From Candidatus Zhuqueibacterota bacterium (GTDB lineage Bacteria; Zhuqueibacterota; Zhuqueibacteria; Thermofontimicrobiales; Thermofontimicrobiaceae), in assembly GCA_049322915.1 (NCBI GenBank), contig JBMOPW010000007.1, forward strand, positions 308,246 through 372,245: a DNA stretch of 64,000 nucleotides, written 5' to 3'. A program made the position numbers and the translations under genes. Each line of letters opens with the position of its first letter. Position 1 is the first letter of the stretch. The notes beneath the pieces are model-generated. The model was not told where the DNA came from and made no database searches. It saw nothing but the letters and a program-made list of their open reading frames with translations. Positions 51,406 to 61,481 of this stretch are shown one piece after another.

Positions 51406-51576
51406 CGCTCCACATTGAATCCGAAGCATGAGTGAGTTTCAGGAAGGATTCATAAAATAGTCCGGACGGAGCGTGTATGTAAGATGTGACTTCGCGAAGT
51501 GAAATTAAAACGATAATTGAAAAGCAAACCAGAAATCTATAAACGATCATTTCCGTTGTAAATTGGAGCATTTTCT

Positions 51577-53097
51577 ATGACTGAATCAACATTGTTGACC
51601 TGGATTATCTTTATCCCGTTACTTGGAATTCCTGTCATTTTAGCGATGCCTGAAGGACGCAAACAACTCATCCGCTGGATCGCTACGATCGTTTCGGGCA
51701 TTTCATTTCTAGTCGCTGTATATGTACTCTCAATGTTCGACCAATCCAATCCGGGGATGCAGTTCCAGCATCACTTTGTCTGGATTCGTACGTTCAATAT
51801 TGAATATTTTGTCGGTGTGGACGGGCTTTCAATGATGATGATTATCTTGACGGTGTTGATCACATTCATTGCGACGATTGCATCCTGGGGCATCGAAAAA
51901 AATGTCCGCGGTTATTTCTCCCTGTTGATGCTGCTGGAAACGGGTATGTTGGGCACGTTCTGTTCGCTGGATTTCTTCCTGTTCTACATTTTCTGGGAAG
52001 TGATGTTGCTGCCCATGTACTTCCTGATCGGCATCTGGGGCGGCCCGAGAAAAGAATATGCAGCCATTAAGTTCTTCCTGTACACTCTGTTTGGCTCATT
52101 GCTCATGCTGCTGGCTGTCATCGCCCTTTATTATAATTCAAGTCCGACGACCCTGGTCGATGGCACACCGGCAAAACACACCTTCAACATTCTGAAGCTC
52201 ATTGCTGAAAACGATTTCTCCACGGCAGCGCCGCTGCTGGGATTTGAATTCACCAAAATCATCTTCATCGCCCTGTTCATCGGCTTTGCCATCAAAATTC
52301 CCATGGTGCCATTTCATACATGGTTGCCCGATGCACACGTGGAAGCGCCGACGCCAATCTCAGTGATTCTGGCCGGCATTCTGTTGAAAATGGGCGGATA
52401 CGGTATATTGAGGATTAACTACGGCATCCTCCCTGAAGCCACCAAGTGGGCGGCGCCGGCAGTGGCGTTGTTAGGCGGCATCAGCATTGTGTATGCGGCC
52501 TTTGTATGCATGGCGCAGAAAGATCTGAAAAAACTGATCGCTTACTCTTCGGTCAGCCACATGGGATTCGTGCTGTTAGGCATGGCCGCTTTCACGGATC
52601 AGGGCATTTCCGGCGCTGTCATGCAAATGTTCACCCACGGACTGATCAGCCCCATGCTCTTCCTTCTGGCGGGCGTCATTTATGACCGCGCCCATCATCG
52701 CGAAATCGACGGATTCGGCGGACTGGCAGTACAGATGCCCGAATACACCGGCGTGCTGGGATTGGCGTTCATGGCCTCTCTCGGTTTGCCCGGCCTGTGC
52801 GGATTTATCAGCGAAGTCCTGGTTTTCCTGGGCGCCTTCCCGGTCTACCGAACGATCACCATCATCTCCGCGCTGACCGTTGTCATCACTGCGGCGTATT
52901 ATCTCTGGTCGTTGCAACGGATGTTCCTCGGCAAGTTGAATGAAAAATATGCCAATCTGCCGGATTTGACCTGGCGCGAACGAGTGACCCTGTATCCATT
53001 GGGCGCGTTGATTGTAATCCTTGGCGTCTATCCGATTCCTGCATTAAATTTAATCAACAAAACAATGCTAACGATCATTCAAGTTTTTCAAAGTTAA
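51577..53097 (+). CDS. nuoM: NADH-quinone oxidoreductase subunit M
   Basis: FWEVML.PMY and HTWLPDAHVEAPT motifs. Confidence 0.96.
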   Translation: MTESTLLTWIIFIPLLGIPVILAMPEGRKQLIRWIATIVSGISFLVAVYVLSMFDQSNPGMQFQHHFVWIRTFNIEYFVGVDGLSMMMIILTVLITFIATIASWGIEKNVRGYFSLLMLLETGMLGTFCSLDFFLFYIFWEVMLLPMYFLIGIWGGPRKEYAAIKFFLYTLFGSLLMLLAVIALYYNSSPTTLVDGTPAKHTFNILKLIAENDFSTAAPLLGFEFTKIIFIALFIGFAIKIPMVPFHTWLPDAHVEAPTPISVILAGILLKMGGYGILRINYGILPEATKWAAPAVALLGGISIVYAAFVCMAQKDLKKLIAYSSVSHMGFVLLGMAAFTDQGISGAVMQMFTHGLISPMLFLLAGVIYDRAHHREIDGFGGLAVQMPEYTGVLGLAFMASLGLPGLCGFISEVLVFLGAFPVYRTITIISALTVVITAAYYLWSLQRMFLGKLNEKYANLPDLTWRERVTLYPLGALIVILGVYPIPALNLINKTMLTIIQVFQS

Positions 53098-53105
53098 GGT
53101 GAACA

Positions 53106-54593
53106 ATGCCTATCAATAAATTGCCGTTTGTCTATCCCCAACTGGTATTAACTGCCGGGATACTTGCGATTCTGCTGGTTGGACTATTCAAAACGCACTC
53201 CGAGCGGATGCGAACCGTACTGAGCGTGGTTGGCTTGATTTTCCTCGCGCTAACCGCCATTGTGTGTTTGATGAGCCCGGATTACGGCAGTCTCGGCGAC
53301 ATCTTACAATTTGATTTTTTCACAAAATTTTTCCTCCTTTTTGTCTTGCTTGCCATCACCTTGACCATGCTGGCAGCGTCGCGGTCGAATGAAATTTCTG
53401 CGCGGCGATTCCCTGAGTTCACCGCTCTGCTGTTCACCATTGGCCTGGGCATCTCGTTCATGGCGTCGGCGCAGGATGTGCTCTTCGCCTATTTGGCGAT
53501 GGAAACAGTCAGCCTGTCATCCTACATGCTGACAGGATTTAAACGCACCGACCAGTCATCGCACGAAGCAGCGTTGAAATATGTGATTTTCGGCGGGGTC
53601 GCCTCCGGCGTGATGATTTTTGGAATGTCCCTGCTCTACGGCATGGCTGGCACCACGTCTTTCAGCGGCATTGCGCAGGCTCTGTCATCCATGAATCCGA
53701 CGCTCGCCGACAACTCTATGGGAACACTGGCGATCATCATCGCGCTGGTCATGGTTTTCACCGGATTCTTTTTCAAAATTGCAGCGGTGCCTTTTCATCA
53801 GTGGTGTCCGGATGTGTATCAGGGCGCACCCACGCCGTTCACAGGCTTTCTGAGCGTGGCGCCCAAAGCCGCCGGCTTCGCCCTTATCCTGAGATTTCTG
53901 GCGCTGTTACTGCCCCAGGTCGATGTATCTGTCAAGCAGCTTTTACTGCCCATCATTGGCATCGTCTCTGCGGCAACCATGACGCTGGGAAATTTCACAG
54001 CCATTCACCAATCCAATGTGAAACGTCTGCTGGCCTATTCTTCCATTGCGCATGCCGGGTATCTGCTCATGGGCGTCGTTGTTTTGAACATCGCCGGTTC
54101 GACCGCTATTATGGTATACCTGGTCATCTATCTTTTCATGAATCTCGGCGCATTCACTGTCGTGCAGACAATCGTCGATACGTATGGCAGTGAAGAATTA
54201 TCAGCCTACCGCGGGTTGGGGAGTCGCTCGCCATTCCTGGCCATTGCCATGGGCGTGTTTCTGTTTTCACTGGCAGGCATTCCTCCACTGGCCGGGTTCA
54301 TTGGAAAATTCCTGCTATTTGCAGCCCTCATTCATAATGGTGGATTCTGGTATGTGCTGCTGGCTGTGATCGGCATTTTGAACAGCGTCATCGCGCTCTT
54401 TTACTACGCCATTATTCTGCGGGAAATGTTCCTGCGACCGGCCGAAGCAAATGCACCCGCTGCAACAAAATTGAGCCGGCTAAATTCCGGGCTCATCGCT
54501 GTCATGGGAGCAATGGTGCTGGTGCTGGGTATTTACTGGGAGCCGTTGTTGAATGCAGCGAACAAAGCGGCGACAGTGCTGGGGTTGTTGTAG
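53106..54593 (+). CDS. nuoN: NADH-quinone oxidoreductase subunit N
   Basis: FKIAAVPFHQWCPDVYQGAPTP and KRLLAYSSIAHAGY motifs. Confidence 0.96.
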   Translation: MPINKLPFVYPQLVLTAGILAILLVGLFKTHSERMRTVLSVVGLIFLALTAIVCLMSPDYGSLGDILQFDFFTKFFLLFVLLAITLTMLAASRSNEISARRFPEFTALLFTIGLGISFMASAQDVLFAYLAMETVSLSSYMLTGFKRTDQSSHEAALKYVIFGGVASGVMIFGMSLLYGMAGTTSFSGIAQALSSMNPTLADNSMGTLAIIIALVMVFTGFFFKIAAVPFHQWCPDVYQGAPTPFTGFLSVAPKAAGFALILRFLALLLPQVDVSVKQLLLPIIGIVSAATMTLGNFTAIHQSNVKRLLAYSSIAHAGYLLMGVVVLNIAGSTAIMVYLVIYLFMNLGAFTVVQTIVDTYGSEELSAYRGLGSRSPFLAIAMGVFLFSLAGIPPLAGFIGKFLLFAALIHNGGFWYVLLAVIGILNSVIALFYYAIILREMFLRPAEANAPAATKLSRLNSGLIAVMGAMVLVLGIYWEPLLNAANKAATVLGLL

Positions 54594-54746
54594 TTTTTAA
54601 TGCTTCATGTTCTTGAAAACTCGCTTGACTAACGGAGAGAAGCATGATTTCAGCTTCGATCCATGGAGTTCCGATTGATGAAATGTTGAAAGATGTGATG
54701 AATGGAATAGCGAAAAAGATTGATGTAAATTGATTGATGAACTGTT

Positions 54747-54777
54747 GGCAAGCGAAAACGCGCTTGCCTTTTTTTTT
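54747..54777 (+). terminator. Rho-independent terminator of the nuo operon
   Basis: GGCAAGCG-N6-CGCTTGCC followed by T9. Confidence 0.85.
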
Positions 54778-54818
54778 ATTTGCCGGCCGATAAAAAGTAT
54801 TTAAATCCAGGAAGTGAA

Positions 54819-55379
54819 ATGACACTACCCACCAAACTATTCGCCTTCGTTATCCTGACGATTATTCTCATCACCATTTCCCGACCTTCGCTTGGCTCGC
54901 CGCGCTCCCATGGCTTCTATCGTTTCTTCGCCTGGGAGTCCATTGTGATCCTGTTTCTGCTCAATGTCAATATCTGGTTCCATCAGCCATTGGCCTGGTA
55001 CCAACTGGTTTCGTGGTTCTTTCTCTTTGCGAGTTTTGTACCGCTGGTGTATGGCGTTCGCACTCTGGTGGGCCGGGGCAAACCGGTTCCGCATCGGGAG
55101 ACGGAACCGCACTTGCTGGCTTTTGAAAAGACGTCCGAATTGGTGACCAGCGGCATTTATCGCTACATCCGACATCCGCTGTACAGTTCGTTGCTGTTGC
55201 TGGTGTGGGGCATTTTCTTCAAATCAATGAACTGGCATGGGTTTGGCATCGCCGCCGCAGCCTCGCTCTTTTTATTCGCCACCGCCCGGGCGGACGAGCA
55301 GGAGTGCATTCGTTATTTCGGCCCGACGTATCAAACTTACATGAAGCAGAGCAAACGATTCATACCGTTTCTGTTTTGA
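54819..55379 (+). CDS. isoprenylcysteine carboxylmethyltransferase family membrane protein
   Basis: LVTSGIYRYIRHPLY and DE...YFG..Y..Y....RFIP motifs. Confidence 0.88.
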   Translation: MTLPTKLFAFVILTIILITISRPSLGSPRSHGFYRFFAWESIVILFLLNVNIWFHQPLAWYQLVSWFFLFASFVPLVYGVRTLVGRGKPVPHRETEPHLLAFEKTSELVTSGIYRYIRHPLYSSLLLLVWGIFFKSMNWHGFGIAAAASLFLFATARADEQECIRYFGPTYQTYMKQSKRFIPFLF

Positions 55380-55559
55380 CAATTGGATAGTGAACGATTG
55401 TGACTGACAGCCCGGTTTGGAGCGATGCGCCTTTATTCAGTTCTTGTTCGACGCATAAAGGCTGCACCGCCAGTCATTCACAAAATTTATATCTTGTCAC
55501 ATGTTTGTTGAATGCATTTCTCTCATGAAAAACTAACGAAGTAAACTTCCAAACAAATC

Positions 55560-55601
55560 ATAGAACGCAGATGACACTGATTACGCGGATTTGCACGGAT
55601 A
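55560..55601 (+). repeat. single arm of an ATAGAACGC..GAT..CGCGGAT repeat family
   Basis: ATAGAACGCAGATGACACTGATTACGCGGATTTGCACGGAT; related to the element at 61351. Confidence 0.55.
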
Positions 55602-55896
55602 AAAAAATTTTTTAATTTGACGCCCCTGTAAAAAGTCAGAAAAAATTTCGACGCTACAATATATAGACAAGAATATAACATAAAAGAACTATATAATGTG
55701 CTTAAATTGTGTGCGTCGGACATTTTACGAGTTCATCTAATTTAATAAACTGAAAAAATTTTCCTTCAAGTTGATTTCTGATTTTTCAGAAAATCGTGAA
55801 CAAAATTCACGTTTTTCGGGTAGTAAGAATTTAAGGAGATAGAAATGTAATCGAGAGAGTTGTCAGGCATGCAGTATCGCCACAACGACCGAAACC

Positions 55897-57282
55897 CTAC
55901 TCGCCGGATTCATCCAGATTGTTATTCCACAAATATTTTCTCGTCTCGGCCACAATCACACCACTTAATAACAGGAGCGAAATCAAATTGGGAATGGCCA
56001 TCAGGCCGTTGGCAATGTCCGCGAAGGACCAGACCGCGGGCATGGTTGCGACGGAACCCACCATGACCATGACCACCCAGAGCCAGCGATATGGTTGGAT
56101 AATTTTATTGCCGAATAAGTACTCGGCGGCTTTTTCGCCGTAATAGGACCAGCCGAGGATGGTCGAGAAAACAAACGTGAGTAGACCAATCGTGAGGACG
56201 ATCGGGCCGACAACGGGAATGTCGGAGAAGGCGGCTTTGGTGAGCGCTGCGCCGCTATGGCCATCCATCCACGCCTGGGAATTCACCAGCACCAAGCCGG
56301 TCATGGCGCAGACAACAACCGTATCCCAGAACGTGCCAGTCGAGGAGACCAGCGCCTGACGAATCGGATTTTTTGTCTGAGCCGCAGCAGCGACGATTGG
56401 CGCGCTGCCCAGCCCTGATTCATTGGAAAAGAGTCCCCGGGCAATACCGTAGCGGATCGCCTCCCGAACCCCGGCGCCGAGAAATCCGCCAACAGCGGCC
56501 TGGCCGGTGAATGCGCTTTTAAAAATTAATTCCAATGTGTCGGGGAGAGTCTTCGCGCCCATGACTAATAAAATGACGCACCCAACGACGTAGGTTATAG
56601 CCATGAAAGGCACCAGTCCCTCGCACACTCTGGCGATGGATTTTATCCCTCCCAGAATCACAATCGCTGTGAGAATCGTCATCAGCACGCCGGTTATCCA
56701 GGGCGAATACTGAATAATCCATGGAAATTTCTGTGTTATCCAGGTTGAATCTTTGATTGTCGCTGCGACCATGGATGAAATCGAGTTGGCCTGCACCATG
56801 TTGCCGATGCCGAAAGCGGTGACTGCGGTCAGGGCTGCGAAAACAACGCCCAGCCATTTCATTTTCAGTCCCCGTTCCAGAACGTACATCGGTCCGCCGG
56901 CCATTTGACCGGATGGCGTTGTGATCCGATATTTCACTGACAAGACAGCTTCGGAAAACTTGGTTGCAATGCCGAATACGCCGGTCAGCCATGTCCATAA
57001 AACCGCGCCGGGACCACCGGCTGCCAGCGCTGTGGCGACTCCGACGATATTTCCGGTGCCGATGGTTGCCGCCAGCGCCGTGGTCAGCGCGCCGAATTGA
57101 CTGATGTCCCCGGTTCCTTCGGATGTCCGGCGAAAGGACAACTTGATCGCCTTGCCAATGTAGCGCTGAATGAAGCGAAGTCGGAAGGTGAGGAAAAGGT
57201 GCGTTCCAAACAGCAAAACCAACAGTGGGGTGCCCCAGACCCAGTTACTAATTTCGCCTAATAATCTTTCCAGACTCTGCAT
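55897..57282 (-). CDS. sodium:alanine/glycine symporter (AGCS family)
   Basis: ATIGTGNIVGVA, GGPMY, RGLFSNESGLGSAP and WSYYGE motifs. Confidence 0.95.
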   Translation of the reverse strand: MQSLERLLGEISNWVWGTPLLVLLFGTHLFLTFRLRFIQRYIGKAIKLSFRRTSEGTGDISQFGALTTALAATIGTGNIVGVATALAAGGPGAVLWTWLTGVFGIATKFSEAVLSVKYRITTPSGQMAGGPMYVLERGLKMKWLGVVFAALTAVTAFGIGNMVQANSISSMVAATIKDSTWITQKFPWIIQYSPWITGVLMTILTAIVILGGIKSIARVCEGLVPFMAITYVVGCVILLVMGAKTLPDTLELIFKSAFTGQAAVGGFLGAGVREAIRYGIARGLFSNESGLGSAPIVAAAAQTKNPIRQALVSSTGTFWDTVVVCAMTGLVLVNSQAWMDGHSGAALTKAAFSDIPVVGPIVLTIGLLTFVFSTILGWSYYGEKAAEYLFGNKIIQPYRWLWVVMVMVGSVATMPAVWSFADIANGLMAIPNLISLLLLSGVIVAETRKYLWNNNLDESGE

Positions 57283-57330
57283 GGATATTCCTTTCAGTGA
57301 AAGTTCGCCTTGACCTCGGAATTGTCACAA

Positions 57331-57359
57331 ATAATAATTAAATTGGCAACCAAAGTCAA
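57331..57359 (-). promoter_or_regulatory. putative sigma70 promoter for the AGCS symporter
   Basis: TTGACT-N17-TATTAT on the minus strand. Confidence 0.6.
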
Positions 57360-57486
57360 GTTCATTTTTGGGTTATGGTTGATTGAACTAATGGAATAGG
57401 GAGCAATTCTGAAAAGTTGGTATTGGGGATAGCACATAAGAATAATGAAAACTACTGAAGCAGTTCATTGATAATTTTTTATTTGT

Positions 57487-57554
57487 TAACACCCAGATAA
57501 ATCTGGGTGTTAGTTCAACGTTCCATTGAACGATCACCCCGATTCATCGGTGTG
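57487..57554. repeat. REP-like palindromes
   Basis: Perfect TAACACCCAGAT-AA-ATCTGGGTGTTA, plus CACCCCGATTCATCGGTGTG. Confidence 0.6.
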
Positions 57555-57614
57555 GAATTATTCCTTGATTCTTATTAAAAATCTCATTATGTTTCTGAAA
57601 AAAAAGGAATTTCA

Positions 57615-59312
57615 ATGTCGACCTGGACTCAGATTTACACACCGGTTTTTCATAGTTTGGCTTTATCGGCTCTTGTGGCGGCTGTGCCCGTTGTCGTCTT
57701 ACTGGGATTGCTTGCCTGGTTTCGGGTGAAAGCCCATCTGGCAGCGGTGATCGGTCTGATTAGTTCATTGTTGATCGCCCTGCTCATTTACAGAATGCCT
57801 GCGCCGCTGGCGCTCATGGCCGCTGCGAACGGCGCTGCCTATGGTCTGTTCCCCATCGGCTGGATTGTGTTGAGCGCGATTTTCATCTACGACATCACCG
57901 TGGTGACCGGCAAATTTGAAATTGTCAAAGCGTCGATTGCCCGGCTGGGCGGCGACCGCCGCGTCCAGGTGCTGTTGATCGCTTTCAGCTTTGGCGCTTT
58001 CATCGAAGGGGCGGCTGGCTTTGGTACGCCAGTGGCGATCTCCGCTGCCATGCTGATCGGGCTTGGTTTTAAACCATTGCCGGCGGCAGGACTGGCGCTG
58101 CTTGGCAATACCGCGCCGGTGGCATTCGGCGCGTTGGGGACGCCCATCATTGCGCTGTCCGCAGTCACCGGTTTGCCGGTGGAGACATTGAGCGCCGCAG
58201 TGGGGCGGCAGCTTCCTTTCTTCTCACTGATCGTCCCGTTCTGGTTGGTCTGGGCTATGGCTGGCTTTAAAAAAACACTGGAGGTATTTCCAGCGTGTTT
58301 GACAGCCGGACTGAGCTTCGCTGTGGTGCAATTTCTGGTGAGCAACTATTTCGGCCCCTGGGTGGTGGACATTGCCGGTTCGATGGTATCCATGGCGGCG
58401 ATGATTCTGCTGCTGCAATTCTGGCAACCGCGAACGATCTGGCGTTTCCCTCATGAGAGCGAAGAATCGCGGCACTCCTCACTGAATGCGCCGATTCAAA
58501 CGGCAGCGACATCAGCGACGCAATCGAATCACACGTCGCGGCGGGAAATCTTCATTGCCTGGATGCCGTGGCTGATACTATCGATATTGGTGTTTCTCTG
58601 GGGGTTACCACTCGTGAAAGAACTGCTGAACAGATGGAGCGGCATTTCAATTTTCAAATTTCCGGTGCCGCTGCTTCATCAGGCGGTGTTGCGGACAGCG
58701 CCCGTGGTGCAACACGCCAAAGCCGAGGACGCTGTTTTCACCTTGAACTGGCTGTCCGCCACCGGCACGAGCCTGCTGATCGCCGGCATCGTTTCCGGGT
58801 TGTTGCTGGGGATCAGGCCGCTGGCATTGCTGCGCATTTTCGGGAAGACGCTTCATCGGGTCAGGCTGTCCCTGTTGACTATCGCTGCCATGTTGGCGTT
58901 GAGTTTCACGACGCGGTACGCCGGTCTGGACGCGACGTTAGGCCTGGCGTTCGCCAGCAGCGGGGTGTTATTTCCCTTTTTCTCGCCGCTGCTTGGCTGG
59001 CTGGGCGTCGCTCTCACGGGCAGCGATACATCGTCCAACGTGCTGTTCGGCAATCTGCAACAGATCACGGCGCAGCAGGTGGGCATTTCGCCGGTGCTCG
59101 CCGCATCCGCCAATAGCACCGGCGGCGTGATGGGAAAAATGATCGACGCTCAAAGCATTGTCGTCGCCAGCGTGGCTACAGGCCAGGAGGGCGAAGAAGG
59201 GACCATCCTGCGCTACGTGTTTCTGCACAGCCTCGTCCTGGCAATTCTGGTCGGGATCATGATTTTGCTGCAAGCGTATGTTTTTCCGGGTATCGTCCCG
59301 GTCGTGGAATAA
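57615..59312 (+). CDS. lctP: L-lactate permease
   Basis: [37 protein letters not shown] and GGVMGKMI motifs. Confidence 0.93.
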   Translation: MSTWTQIYTPVFHSLALSALVAAVPVVVLLGLLAWFRVKAHLAAVIGLISSLLIALLIYRMPAPLALMAAANGAAYGLFPIGWIVLSAIFIYDITVVTGKFEIVKASIARLGGDRRVQVLLIAFSFGAFIEGAAGFGTPVAISAAMLIGLGFKPLPAAGLALLGNTAPVAFGALGTPIIALSAVTGLPVETLSAAVGRQLPFFSLIVPFWLVWAMAGFKKTLEVFPACLTAGLSFAVVQFLVSNYFGPWVVDIAGSMVSMAAMILLLQFWQPRTIWRFPHESEESRHSSLNAPIQTAATSATQSNHTSRREIFIAWMPWLILSILVFLWGLPLVKELLNRWSGISIFKFPVPLLHQAVLRTAPVVQHAKAEDAVFTLNWLSATGTSLLIAGIVSGLLLGIRPLALLRIFGKTLHRVRLSLLTIAAMLALSFTTRYAGLDATLGLAFASSGVLFPFFSPLLGWLGVALTGSDTSSNVLFGNLQQITAQQVGISPVLAASANSTGGVMGKMIDAQSIVVASVATGQEGEEGTILRYVFLHSLVLAILVGIMILLQAYVFPGIVPVVE

Positions 59313-59422
59313 CGGCAGGTGGATTCCCATCGCCGGAGTGAATCGACAATTGGAGATTCCTTTTGCTGGCTCGGAAAGACTACTCGGCCTCCGGGTTCAT
59401 TCCCCGATGAATCCCTGACGGC

Positions 59423-59465
59423 AAAAAAAAAATCCCCTGCTCATGTATTTCCCGGAGCAGGGGAT
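59423..59465 (-). terminator. Rho-independent terminator after the M49 peptidase
   Basis: ATCCCCTGCTC-N12-GAGCAGGGGAT followed by T9 on the minus strand. Confidence 0.85.
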
Positions 59466-59499
59466 GATTCAATTTTCAACTTCGAATTTCTATTTCATT

Positions 59500-61167
59500 C
59501 TACTGCTCAATCTGATAAATCGGTTTAATATCCACCGGGACATGACCCAATCCGGCCAGCGCCGATGCCATCACGTCCGTCATGGTTCCGTACCGGGAGT
59601 AGAAGTCCTTCGCGCCGGAATAATCGCCCCGGGCCTGAATGGTCAGCAGCGCATTGGCCAGCGATTTGATCGCATCCTTAACCTTGCTTTGATCCACGCT
59701 GAATCGCCTGGTAGCTTCATTGAACTGGAACGCGCCTTTTTCCATGAGGTAATTGAACTGGATCATGTTAGCGCGGCCGTGGGCGGATTCGATACCGAAT
59801 CGCACGGAACGAAACATGCCAGCCAGATAGGTGATGTACAGCGATTTTTCGAGTTCTGCCGGAAAGACGCCGGCGTCGATTAAATACTGCACATTGAAAT
59901 TTCCGCAGACATCGGCTTTCGCTTCTTCCATGGTGGAATAGGTTTCAGCCAGCATTTTATTGACAGTGGTTTTTTCGCCGCTTGGCAGCGTGATGAAACC
60001 CGGCCCAAGACCATGGCTCACTTCGTGCAACAGAATATGGTTGAAATACGCTTCGAACGTCACATCAGCAAGCTGGGCTTCATCGATCACCTGTTCCGCG
60101 ATAGGTTTCAGAATTTTATCGAACTTGGCTTCCTGCACGTTTTTCAGCATGACCTTTTTACTGCCCTTGGCTTCCCGAACGCGTTCGTCATTGGGCAGAT
60201 TGAAAGCCAATGTCTGCACCCCTGCGCGCGTATCGCCTGAAGTGAGAATTTCCTGCACCACTTTGATCGGAGAAGAACTTCCCCGCGTGAAGTTTTTATA
60301 GATATCGTCGTAGGGAAGATTTTTTTCCATGTTATCCAGTTGACTGGTAATGACCATCAGTTTCTGGCTTTCCACCGGATCCGCTACGGTGAGGAACATT
60401 TCAAATGCCGCTTTGTAGCCCAGCAGCGCATCTTCGTAAACCTCGTACGGCCCAATTACGACCTCGATGGGGCTGTCCAAATCCATCCAGTCCATGTCGC
60501 TCTGATAATAATCATTGCTCAAAAACGCCTCGGCGCGACTGGTGAGAAATTTTTTCAGCGATTCATTTTCCGATAGCGCGGCAGCTTGTTTCAGCAGCGT
60601 GGCGCAGGCCTGCAACTTTTCTTTGTAGGCTTCAGAATAGGGTACTGCCACAAGCCCTTTGTCACCGCGGCGAATGACGGTGAAATTGCTTTCGAATGCT
60701 TCTTTATCATGTGGATTATTCTGTAGCCATTGGAGAAATTCATCTTTCGACATGTCTTCAGGGTAGAAATTGGCGCCGTCCGGTTTGGGCAGCGAATCGA
60801 TGAACGGACGGTTTTCAGACAGTCGGTCAAATGGGCCATACATGATGGTAAAAAAATCCAGATAGGGCGCATCAGCCGGGTCATGGGATTTTTTCAGCGA
60901 TGCCAAAAGGGTTTCGTTTTTTGAATAGACCTGACTGAGGAAAATCGCATCGATAAGCTTTGAAGCCTCGACCAACTTGTCCACCACCTGTTGATCTTTT
61001 TCAGAGAGGATGGTTCGATCATAATCGATGTTGACCGGGGCGAACTTCGCCAGTTGAGTTTGAACGTACTGGATGTCTGCTTTTTTTAACTTCATGGGAT
61101 GCTCGCAATTTAAAAGGATGGTGAGAAGAAAGATGCCACTGAAAATTGACCGCAACATTTTGACCAT
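59500..61167 (-). CDS. peptidase family M49 (dipeptidyl peptidase III-like), probable lipoprotein
   Basis: IGPYEVYED, AFNLPND, HEVSHGLG and EEAKAD motifs; LLNC lipobox-like; AAGGAG RBS. Confidence 0.88.
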   Translation of the reverse strand: MVKMLRSIFSGIFLLTILLNCEHPMKLKKADIQYVQTQLAKFAPVNIDYDRTILSEKDQQVVDKLVEASKLIDAIFLSQVYSKNETLLASLKKSHDPADAPYLDFFTIMYGPFDRLSENRPFIDSLPKPDGANFYPEDMSKDEFLQWLQNNPHDKEAFESNFTVIRRGDKGLVAVPYSEAYKEKLQACATLLKQAAALSENESLKKFLTSRAEAFLSNDYYQSDMDWMDLDSPIEVVIGPYEVYEDALLGYKAAFEMFLTVADPVESQKLMVITSQLDNMEKNLPYDDIYKNFTRGSSSPIKVVQEILTSGDTRAGVQTLAFNLPNDERVREAKGSKKVMLKNVQEAKFDKILKPIAEQVIDEAQLADVTFEAYFNHILLHEVSHGLGPGFITLPSGEKTTVNKMLAETYSTMEEAKADVCGNFNVQYLIDAGVFPAELEKSLYITYLAGMFRSVRFGIESAHGRANMIQFNYLMEKGAFQFNEATRRFSVDQSKVKDAIKSLANALLTIQARGDYSGAKDFYSRYGTMTDVMASALAGLGHVPVDIKPIYQIEQ

Positions 61168-61272
61168 GGGGGTTCTCCTTGATTGGGTGAAATGGAAAAG
61201 GCACTTTGTTTCAAGTGAAACGCCACGCACAGAATCTGTCTGCGCACCGATAAGCGGTGCCGGGCGCTCATG

Positions 61273-61301
61273 AATATACAATTTTCCCTAATAAAAATCA
61301 A
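61273..61301 (-). promoter_or_regulatory. putative sigma70 promoter for the M49 peptidase
   Basis: TTGATT-N17-TATATT. Confidence 0.45.
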
Positions 61302-61350
61302 TGGGTAATATCGGGACTCCTAACCTTGACAAGCCAGAACCAAAAAAGAA

Positions 61351-61481
61351 ATAGAACGCTGATTACGCGGATGATCCTCCTAAAAAATCGGCGGACGTTC
61401 CGCGCTGATCTTCACGGATTCTTAATCAGTGTAAATACACTGCACCTTTTTGGCGGATCATCAGCGTCAATAGTATTCTAT
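61351..61481. repeat. 131-bp nested imperfect inverted repeat element
   Basis: Left arm ATAGAACGCTGATTACGCGGATGATCC versus reverse complement of right arm ATAGAATACTATTGACGCTGATGATCC; additional inner hairpin. Confidence 0.65.

Noticed and set aside
54608..54643. Selenocysteine read-through of two in-frame TGA codons before the small ORF
   Set aside because: No upstream start or SECIS-like hairpin evident, and spacing does not fit CxxU
55602..55860. AT-rich stretch as possible replication origin or foreign DNA
   Set aside because: No DnaA-box cluster and no coding remnant recognised
57283..57330. Glycine riboswitch upstream of the AGCS symporter
   Set aside because: The predicted leader is only about 40 nt and lacks the aptamer motifs
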